From the NCBI GenBank assembly GCA_951406725.2, contig OX597814.1:23436001-23500000 (forward strand): DNA of 64,000 nt. Reading direction: 5' to 3'. Under the pieces are notes generated by a model. It was not told where the DNA came from. It saw only the letters and a program-made list of their open reading frames with translations, and ran no database searches. Both the position numbers and the translations under genes were made by a program. Source of the DNA: Octopus vulgaris (lineage: Eukaryota). Numbering within the stretch: the first letter of the stretch is position 1; every line of letters starts with the position of its first letter. Positions 51,899-61,759 of this stretch are shown piece after piece.

Positions 51899-51974
51899 AG
51901 AAGAAGAAGAAGAAGGAGGAGGAGAAGAAGAAGAAGAAGAAGAAGAAGAAGAAGAAGAGGAGGAGGAGGAGAAG

Positions 51975-52005
<31 letters not shown>

Positions 52006-52320
52006 GGAGGAAAAGAAGGAGGAGGAGGAGAAGAAGAAGAAGAAGAAGAAGAAGAAGAAGGAGGAGGAGGAGGAGAAGAAGAAGAAGAAGAAGAAGAAGA
52101 AGAAGAAGAAGAAGAAGAAGAAGAAGAGGAGAAGAAGAAGGAGGAGGAGGAGAAGAAGAAGAAGAAGAAGAAAAGAAGAAGGAGGAGGAGGAGGAGGAGG
52201 AGGAGAAGAAGAAGAAGAAGAAGAAGAAGTGGAGGAAAAGAAGAAGGAGGAGAAGAAGAAGAAGAAGAAGGAGGAGGGGGAGAAGAAGAAGAAGAAGAAG
52301 AAGACAACGACGACGACGAC
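51819..52320. repeat. ~500-bp (GAA)n/(GGA)n polypurine tract
   Basis: Almost only A/G; the GAAGTGGAGGAAAAG landmark occurs twice (~52001, ~52226). Confidence 0.95.
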
Positions 52321-53158
52321 TGTAAGCAGGTGGAGGAGAAGAAATACAAATATAACTTGGTGATTTGACTTCCTAATCACCACCCTTATAGATGTTTCCT
52401 CACATTATATGTTGAACTGTTTCATCATATTATATATTTTTGATGGTTTGACAAGTATATCATATATTTGCAACTATTGTCAGGAGTATTTTACAATGTA
52501 TGTGATTAAGCAACAGTTTATGTTTTCTGTTTGTATTTTTAAGATACGGAAATTGTGCTGTATTGTTATTTCCAATTAGCAAGTTACTGGAAATACTCAT
52601 TTCAGCTTCAAATTGAATTATATTTCTTTTACTTCTGTCAATTCTTTGATTTAAATAGTAAAGTGTTTAACTTTATCAATCCAATTACATTTCAATCAGT
52701 TCTTTTAATTCAATCACGTAGCTCTGTTTGAAAGCAAAGTAGTAACAACCCTTTACACCGTGAACTACTTTTAAGTCACACATACATATACTGATAACAC
52801 TAGAAGAAACATTGTGCATACGTGGCTGTAATGCTTTACAAATAGTGTAACCTGCAATTTAACCATTACATCATTATAATTAAGCATGTGTCTTTCCCAG
52901 AAATTTCACTGTTGAACTCTTCACTTCAACTTCACTGTTGAACTTTTCACATGCAATGTTGTGTGTGAGTGTGTGTGTGTGTGTGTGTGTGGATGAGTAT
53001 ATGAAATATAAAAGCAAAATATTTAGTTCAAAGCATAAGGTGGAGGTTTAAATTCAGTTAAAATATTCTATATTGTATGTATAAAAATCAATGTTTTTCT
53101 TTCATTTTCACAGGTAGCAAAATGGCAGTCATCAGAATGATAAAGGTTAGAATACTTA

Positions 53159-53347
53159 TTTCTTTACTGCCCACAAGAGGCTAAACATAGAGGGGACAAA
53201 CAAGGACAGACAAACGGATTAAGTCAATTACATCGACCCGAAAGGCAAAGTCGACCTCGGCGGAATTTGAACTCAGAACGAAATGGCAGACGAAATACGG
53301 CTTCGCATTTCGCCCAGCGTGCTAACATTTCTGCCTGCTCGCCACCT
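53159..53347 (-). mobile_element. SINE family A (small internal deletion)
   Basis: 18-bp perfect TSD TAAAGGTTAGAATACTTA (53141-53158, 53348-53365). Confidence 0.92.
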
Positions 53348-53531
53348 TAAAGGTTAGAATACTTACAACTCTATCTCCCAGAGCAAGTTTCAAGAAACAC
53401 AAAGTATCCATGAAAAAGTTCTGGGGTTCTGCACAATATAAAATTTTTATAACAATTTGTTTTGCTAGATGAATGGTATTCACCATTTTAAAAATAAGCT
53501 ATTATGTTTTTACTTGTGCTTTTATGTGTGT

Positions 53532-54198
53532 AGTGGTATACTGTCAACTTAATGTGCCAGTCCCATGAAGGGAATCACACCACTGCTATTTAGCCCTAGG
53601 AAGCATCAACGCTTCCTGTCGGCCTTGACACATTTCCTGTGTCCTTATGTTTACTAAGGGGAGACAAGCACCCCCACCCAGCTAAGCCTGGATCCAGAGA
53701 CTAATTTCTGAGTCTTTGATCGTCATCAAATAGCAGTGGTGTGATTTCCTTCATGGGACTGTCACATTAAGTTGACAGTATACAACTACTCTATCGCACC
53801 ACTACTGCTTATATCTCTCTGAGATATTTAGAAATGTAATATTTCTATTTTTGTAATCAGTGGATTTATTTCACTAGAATTCTTATATGCTTACAAGGGC
53901 TAGACAGGCATCTTCAGCTAGCAGGCCATGCTACTCCAGACTGATGATGAGCAACGACTCAGAAACTAGTCTCTGGATGCAGGCTTAGCTGAGTGGGGGT
54001 GCTTGTCTCCCCCTTGTACACATAAGGACACAGGAAATGCATCAAGGCTGACAGGAAACGTTGATGCTTCCTAGGGCTAAATAGCAGTGCTGAGATTCCC
54101 TTCATGGGACTGTCACATTAAGTTGACAGTATACAACTACTCTATCGTACCACTACTGCTTATCTCTCTCTGAGATATTCAGACATGTAATATTTCTA
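53532..54198 (+). mobile_element. Non-coding hammerhead retroelement (retrozyme/PLE-pLTR-like): inverted partial copy plus a 351-bp terminally redundant unit
   Basis: 53728-53851 is repeated at 54079-54202 (period 351). 53532-53727 is the reverse complement of ~53943-54139. 12-bp TSD TTTTATGTGTGT (53520-53531, 54199-54210). Confidence 0.85.
53935..53977 (+). ncRNA. Minimal type I hammerhead ribozyme, intact core
   Basis: TCCAGA-CTGATGA-TGAG(CAACGA)CTCA-GAAA-CTAG-TC^TCTGGA; predicted cleavage after C53971 (GUC). Confidence 0.88.
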
Positions 54199-55373
54199 TT
54201 TTATGTGTGTGTTTTTTCTGAATTCAAGTGAAATTTTAGTTCTTCAGAGTTGTCTAAATTCTTCTACAGGTATATAGAAGAAATTAGATTAAAAACTAGT
54301 TATCAGTTGTTATAAGTTGCCATTAATAAGCGCAGATTTGAGGCAATGTAAGTGTTTACATGGTTGCATGATTTGCTATAAATAGCAGCCAAATCTTTCT
54401 TAAATTGTTAAATAATGTTATCTTGATTTTCCTGCAATGAAGGGAAATATTGAATCGGCATGAATACAACGCCTTTGATCATAACCTTCGAGATCATGGT
54501 TGACATAGAAAGCAGCTAAGAGTAGGAAGTTATCAAGGCTTATTGAACCAAGTGCAAAGTGACATTCTAAACATTCTGTATAGGTATGTCGTGTTACATC
54601 CCCCAACATTGGTGATTCTTAGGCTCAATGAAATTACTTATAGGGCTTAATGAGCATTGATCATTGTAAAGAGTAGGTAAACCTGTTGACTACAACCACA
54701 GGTAACTTAGATTGGTCTGAAATTGTTGCAGAAGTTGAGATGCATCAAAAATCACAGAAGTAACCACAGGTGACTTTTAGAGTATGTGATTTGAAGCTGT
54801 TCGTTTACACCATTTGATTTATGTATATTGATACTGATGATCTTAAAACAACAAACCACAGCAGCTGGTTCCATTATGTTTTTTTCTGCAGAATCATCAT
54901 AGAATGATCCACAACTGTTAGAAACCAAGCTATCTTAAAATGTAATTCACATAGTCCTTACAAAGATCATTGCCTCAAAGTTGCACTATCCTAAGAAAGT
55001 TTTTAGTTTCTATGGGTCATTTAATTTCCTTTATTCCAAATTCTCTTGACAGCAGTTCTGTCTTGTAACAATGATGTCAACAGCCAACTGACATAAACAG
55101 CTTTTATTGTTAGAATGAAACCATATGAAGTTGTTGATGCACATTTTGCGATTTTTATAAAAATGGTTTATTATTTAGCAGCAAAATTATGCTGTTTTGA
55201 TATTTTTTACATACACTTTCTTTCAAAAAGAAAAGTGCTAAGGCTGTTATAGTGAACATATGTGAAGTACACTTCTAAACTGTAGGTATATGCAAACATT
55301 TTGCAACCTGTGCACAACTGAAATGTGTGCATAAGTAATTAAAGTGTGCCAAAATGTTAGTTGCTTAAAGTAA

Positions 55374-55713
55374 GTGAGACCCCTTTCGGTCATGACACAG
55401 ACCATGGGATTGCACCTAGAAAGTTACCCTCCCAGGTACAATTCCTGGCAAAGTTGTTTATGGAAGACCAGTAGTTTCCCATGCATACCAGCCTCCCCTC
55501 TCCATGCCACCGATGTTATCCAAGGGAAAAGCAAAGGCCAATACAGCTTGGCACCTGTGACGTCGCAACTCATTTCTACAGCTGAGTGAACTGGAGCAAC
55601 GTGAAATAAAGTGTCTTGCTCAAGAACACAACACAGAGCCTGGTCTGGGATTCGAGCTCACAACCTTACGATTGTAAGCTCGATGCTCTAACCACTGAGC
55701 CATGCACCTTCAC
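55374..55713 (-). mobile_element. CORE-like SINE family C, full length
   Basis: Head GTGAAGGTGCATGGCTCAGTGGTTAGAGC...GCTCGAATCCC; TSD TAGTTGC(T/C)TAA(A/G)GTAA (55358-55373, 55714-55729). Confidence 0.88.
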
Positions 55714-55789
55714 TAGTTGCCTAAGGTAACAGAGTAACAACATAATTTTGATTCAAAAATTGAAACTATACAACCAAAGTTTAGTACAC

Positions 55790-56590
55790 ACTGACAACAA
55801 ATGAGTTTCTAAGTGATGTTGGGGTTGTATCAATGGAAGGTGAAATGATAAATCAAGAGTTTGATAATTTATTGGATACTGAAAACTTTACAAACCAAGC
55901 AATACCATCTTTAGGAAAGATCATAAAACTCCCTAAATTCTGCATGATGGGTTTCTGATGGATTATTTTTGCCAACACAAACCATCATCACCAGTTTCTT
56001 CAAATAGTGTTCAGATTTAATAGAAAGGAAAATTGTCAACATATCTCATGGAGAAGTGAAGCAATTTCTTACAAAAGTATTGACTCCTGTGATGGTGATG
56101 ACTATTTGTCCAAGGAGTTCTCAAACAGCTGTAACAATGATGGAGTATCATCCCCCACATACTTTGACCTTGACAAGAGTTGTGTTGTAAATGTTGTTGC
56201 AAAATTTAAATAAAGGAAATAATCCATTTCTATAAATGCATAATTAAGATTGTACTGTTGCACATTGGAAAGCAATGTCATTGAGCCAAAAATTATACTG
56301 AGACCTGACAACTCTCTGCTATCATCCTTACAACTTTCAGAAATTTCTCAATGCCAATACATAAATCACAATGTCAAAAATTGAATAAAATAACAGCTCC
56401 AGAACATTTTTTTTGTCCTCACATCGTTGATTTCTTACTGAGTAAAACAGTACAGTTCTTCTTAATCAACCAGCTTGAATAGGAATAATTCTATGTTTGT
56501 CTTTTCATGAACAATACAGGATGTTGCCGGTAGAGTGACACTGCTGAAAAAAGTCACCAACATTGTGCACACCAAAGTTGTCCATCATAA
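55790..56590 (+). pseudogene. Helitron RepHel Pif1-like helicase C-terminal remnant
   Basis: SYKSIDSCDGDDYLSKEFSNSC...(P)PHILTL...VVMLLQNLN...ESNVIEPKI...VFSHEQ...SRV...TNIVHTKV follows the Helitron helicase motif order. Confidence 0.7.
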
Positions 56591-56955
56591 AAACTTTCAT
56601 CTCAACTACTGTAACACCTGGTTACTAAATTTATAGACATCCATATATGTGTATGTTTCAATACTTGTCTATTTGTTTTCCAGTTTATTTTATTAATCAC
56701 CATCATTCATTGTCTTTATAAAAAAATGCTGACAAGCAAAGCATGAATAGGTGCTCATTCATATGTATATATATATATATATATATATAGATATATGTAT
56801 ATATATATATATATATAAATATATATGTGTGTGTGTGTGTGTGTATATATGTATATAATTAATAATATCAATGGGTAATAATGAAATATTAGAAATTTCC
56901 ATTACCAGTGGCCTAGCATGTAAAAATTTAGTCAATAGACTATATATTATTCATA

Positions 56956-57314
56956 TAAATACAGTGTACATTTAAACACATAAGCGGTAGCCTTCATAGG
57001 ACTACCTACAAGCTAGAGAGAACAGTTAAAATTCCAAACCACTATTAAGGATAAAATATTGAAGGGAAAGAAAAATAAAAACATTTACCATCTAACTCGT
57101 GGACCAATGGTTTCAGACATTTTTTAGCAAATAAAATAATTTGCTAGGCGAAGCCTTCTTCAGCAGGTACATGAGTTAGATGGTAAATGTTTTCATTTTT
57201 CATTCCCTTCGATATTTTATCCCTAATAGTGGTTTGGAATTTAACTGTCCTCTCTAGCATGCAGGTAGTCCTATGAAGGCTATCTCTTATGTGTTTAAAT
57301 GTACACTGTATTTA
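56956..57314. repeat. ~150-bp inverted repeat with a degenerate hammerhead motif in the loop (minus strand)
   Basis: Arms 56956-57105 and 57166-57314. Loop on minus: CTGAAGA-AGGC..TAGCAAAT/ATTTGCTA..GTCT-GAAA. Flanked by TA/CA microsatellites. Confidence 0.85.
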
Positions 57315-57507
57315 CACACACATGCATATATATAAATATACATATAATATATGCATATGCATGTACACACATACATATACATATACACACACATACATAT
57401 ATATACATACACACACATATATATGTATATATGAATATATCAAATGAGATTTATCTATCACTGAAGGATGTATTTTTTTGTTGATGTTATCTTAATAGAA
57501 AAGTAGA

Positions 57508-57540
57508 CTATCTATCTATCTATCTATCTATGTATCTATC

Positions 57541-57617
<77 letters not shown>

Positions 57618-57625
57618 GTCTATAG
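57508..57625. repeat. (TATC)n microsatellite
   Basis: Visible array. Confidence 0.95.
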
Positions 57626-57652
57626 ATATATACATATATGTAAATATCTATA

Positions 57653-57860
57653 TATCATCATCCTCACCATTTAATTCTGTTTTCAATACTGGCATGGTGG
57701 CATGGCTTGGACAGTTTGACAGGAGCTGGTAAGTTTGGGGGATATGCCAGGCACCATTGTCTTCTCTGGCGTGGCTTCTACAGCTGGATGTCCTTCCTAA
57801 TGCCAACCACTCCATGGAGTATATTGGGTGCTTTTTATCTGGCACTATCACCAGAGCTTT
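57653..57860 (-). mobile_element. RTE 3' tail fragment
   Basis: CTACAGCTGGATG.CCTTCCTAATGCCAACCACTC. Confidence 0.75.
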
Positions 57861-57924
57861 TGATGTGGGATCAGCATAACTATAAATATGTATATAAATA
57901 TATGTGTGTGTGTGGGTGCGCATA

Positions 57925-59240
57925 TTATCATTATCATCATTTAACATCCGCTTTCTGTGCTAGCACAGGTTGGACGATTTGACTGTAGACTGATCTGGCA
58001 GAGTTTCTACAGCTGGATGCCCTTCCTAACGCCAACCACTCAGAGAGTGTAGTGGGTGCTTTTACATGCCGCTGGCACGAGGGCCAGTCAGGTAGTACTG
58101 GCAACGACCACGCTCAAATGGTGTTTTTTACATGCCACCTGCACAGGAGCAAGTCCAGTGTCACTGGCAACAACTTCGCTCCAATGTTTTTACATGTGCC
58201 ACCAACATGGAAGCCAGTCAGCTGCTCTGGTAACGATCATGCTCCTATGGTGCTCTTAGCGTTCCACTGGCACAGGTGCCAGTCATCAAATTTGATTTGA
58301 TTTCGCTTTTGATATCACTTGCCTCAACAGGTCTTTGCAAGGAGAGTTTAGTATCCAATGAAGGAAAAGTACACATAAGTGGGCTGGTTACATCCCTGCC
58401 ATCTCACTTGGCTTGCCGGGTCTACTCATGCACTGCATATTGCCAAAGGTCATGTCGGTCACTAGTCATTGTCTCAGTGAAGCCTAATGTTCAAAGGTTG
58501 TGCTTCACCACCTCATCCCAGGTCTTCCTGGGTCTACCTCTTCCACAGGTTCCCCTCAACCGCTAGGGTGTGGCACTTTTTCACACAGCTATCTTTATCC
58601 ATTCTCGCCACATGACCATACCAACGCAGCCATCTCTCTTGGACACCACATCTGATGCTTCTTAGGTCCAACTTTTCTCTCAGGGTACTTACACTCTGTC
58701 GTGTAGCTCAGACACATGCATGGCAGTTCACACACATGCATCATACAGTCTAGCTTTCACCCTGAGTAAAAGGCCTTTAGTTGCCAGCAGAGAAAGGAGC
58801 TCCCTGAACTTTGCCCTGGCTGTTCTTACTCTAGTGACTACACTCTCAGAGCAACCACCCCAACAACAGACTTGGTCGCCTAGGTAGTGGAAGCTGTTAA
58901 CTACTTCTAGGTTTTCCCTCTGGCATGTGATGAAATCTATTTTCTGTACATCTTTAGTGTTTACTATCTCTGTGCATCTGCCAAACACAAAAACTATTTT
59001 CCTGGTTAAACTTCCTTTGATATTGCTGCACCTTTTATGTGTCCATAGCTTCCATCGGTTACAATGTATGGAGTTTCTACCCACACCTTTTCTACAGGTC
59101 AAGCAGGGCCATCTACCTGAAGAGGGTTGTGATTTGACAGTCTTCCTGCTTACTAAAACTTTGGTTTTTGCAACATTGACTCTAAAGCCATTCAATTCTA
59201 GACCTTGCTTTATTATATAATGTCCACCTTCTAAGCTGGC
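57925..59240 (-). mobile_element. RTE-clade LINE 3' ~1.3 kb (ORF2 remnant with Cys/His finger, 3'UTR minisatellite)
   Basis: ORF 58728-59372 part GFRVNVAKTKVL...WPCLTCRKGVGRNSIHC...WTHKRC...LEVVNSFHYLGDQ...KFRELL...KARLYDACV; downstream RGRPRKTWDEVVKHNL; tandem UTR units at 58035-58280. Confidence 0.92.
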
Positions 59241-59382
59241 ATGAGTTGTATGTATGAACAGGATCTGATATGTCAAAGTATATATATATATACTGGCAAT
59301 ATATATATACACATGCATACATACACACATATTTATATACATGCACACACACATGTACTCACACACATGCACTCACACACAT

Positions 59383-59420
<38 letters not shown>

Positions 59421-60202
59421 ACATGCATGTACATACATTTGCAGAAACACACATACATGAACACACATGTAATACTTTAAACATCATTTGGATAACTAAA
59501 AAGTAAAGACTAACAATCAAAATTATTGTAAAACTCTCTAATGCAGTATCAAGTTTTTGGTTTACTTTACAACTTCTCGAAGCAAGTTAACAAGTTGGTA
59601 GTGTTTTACATAGAGATATATTTTAACAATAATTAATATTGACTGCTTCTGCAGTCAGTGGATATATTATTTCATCCATACCAATGACCTCGGTATAACC
59701 CTGAAGGTGAGTACAAATCAATTTAGCACATAGCTACTAATGAACAATTTCATGTTGAATGAAAGCGGAAAAAAGCAACAAAATTGTATCGCTATAATAG
59801 TAGCTATGAATTAGGCATTAAATAAAATAACAAAATATTTAGCCTACTCAAATTTCTCACGTAGACAGGCCATTTATCTCGTTATGAAAGCGCATCATGA
59901 TGATGAGATGTCTTCCTGTTGATCAATCACTTCCACCACAATGATCGATATTTTCTCTCATATTTCTGCAGCTTCCACATCAGTCAGCATAATTATGTGT
60001 GTAAGGGTGGATGTCTACACTTATCTGTCTCTAAGGCACGAGTGATATGCTATAGCTTGCATATCAACATATTACATACCAATTCGAAGCATAGAACATA
60101 GAGTACTAGGTTAAATTTATGCATAATATTTTACATTTTTACTCACTGATTTTGATAGCAAAAGTTATGTAATAAATGATGTTTCAAACAGTCTCATCAC
60201 AG

Positions 60203-60236
<34 letters not shown>

Positions 60237-60239
<3 letters not shown>

Positions 60240-60530
60240 CGCAATGGTTAGGGCAGCGGACTGGCGGTCGGAGGATTGCGATTTCGATTCCCAGACTGGG
60301 CTTTGTGTGTGTTTATTGATTGAAAACACCTAAAAGCTCTACGAGGCTCTGGCAGGTGGTGGTGGGGGGTACCCCTGTTGTACTTTTTTACCACAACTTT
60401 CTCTCACTCTCTTTTCCTCTTTCTTGAGTAACGCTGCAATGGACTGGCATCCCCTCCAGCTGGGGGGAACACATACGCCACTGAAACTGGGAAACCAGGC
60501 CCATGAGCCTGACTAGGCTTGAAAAGGGCT
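60237..60530 (+). mobile_element. tRNA-derived SINE family D, full length
   Basis: Head matches 51327; 3' part GAGTAACGCTGCAATGGACTGGC...GAAACCAGGCCCATGAGCCTG matches 647-757. Confidence 0.85.
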
Positions 60531-60657
60531 ACGTTTATCTTTATATATATATATAAGTTTATGTATGTATCTAGTGTTATAACTGAAGCTGTGTAATGGT
60601 GTATAAATAATACCGAAAATTTTTCCAATTTCATGTTTTGATATATGTATGTGTGTA

Positions 60658-60689
<32 letters not shown>

Positions 60690-61139
60690 CTTATAATAAT
60701 AAAGTAAAACCAAATAATTTGTAATGTATTCACTGAAGAAGGTGTTGTGTAAGAGGATACATTTCATATTTTATACTACAGAAGATCTCAAACATCAATT
60801 AAATGCTTAAACATTTTCAAAATATTATTTGGTTTGACTTTATTATTACAATATTACACACATATTCTATATATATATATACATATATATTTCTGTGTGT
60901 GTTAGAGGTTGAGAAACCAACTAAGGGATAGTACCTATCCAATATACTGCTGGTAGTGTACCCAATTATTCATAGTCAAGTGCTAGTTATTGCATAGAAA
61001 TCTCGCAAATGAGTATTATATATGGGCAGTGGCAAAAAAGTAATTTACCCATGATTTATATGGCAAGTAAGAAAATGGAGAGGATATAAAATCGACAGAC
61101 ATCAGCCAGTAAACATTCAATTATGTCTATTTATTCAAT

Positions 61140-61620
61140 TGATTGAAAGAGGTTGGGATTATTAAGGAAGGTGGCATATGCCAAATGTTGAGAAGTAAGA
61201 GTTGACAGAGGAATAGAAGCAGACATCTTTCTGTAGAGGAGATATATGGCTACCCCAGCTGGAAAAGTAGAAAAGATGGTGTGTTCAGCAATCAGTTCTT
61301 ACGCAACACATGACCATACCAGTACAGTCTTTTCTCTTGCACACTACATCTGGTTCCTTTATTCACTCTGTAATGCATATGCACGCTGACATTGCATATC
61401 CAGCAAAGCAGGCTAACTTCATTCCTCTACAATCGTGGCCATTTTTCACTACCATGTAGCATGGCTGTTTGTACACTAGTATCACACAGTCTAGTTTGCT
61501 TTACAGTCTAAGAGAGAGGCCTTTTGTTACCAACAAAGAAAATAGCTCTCTGAGCCTTCTCCATCCTGTTCTTATTTTCCACAACTATGCTTTCAGTACT
61601 TCTTTCTCTACAGCTATTCA
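61140..61620 (-). mobile_element. Old RTE 3' fragment
   Basis: CACATGACCATACCAG...AAGAGAGGCCTTTTGTTACCAAC...AGCTCTCTGA, homologous to 13330-13680; 61140-61280 resembles 26180-26330. Confidence 0.7.
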
Positions 61621-61759
61621 GTAACTTTGGTAACAAACTGAAAACTTCACCAATTCTCTTTCAGAGAAACTGCCATACACACATATTGAGTAGGCAAAGA
61701 CTTGACAGGTGTCTTTACTCTTTTATTATAACATCTTTATTTAAAATTTTGTTCTCAGA

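Noticed and set aside
53095-53150. Possible micro-exon (TTTCACAG...AAAG|GTTAG)
   Set aside because: The donor lies in a SINE TSD, the peptide is short and unrecognisable, and there is no supporting context.
60895-61140. Microsatellite-flanked segment resembling ends of PLE-derived repeats
   Set aside because: No ribozyme core, ORF or second copy in the window.
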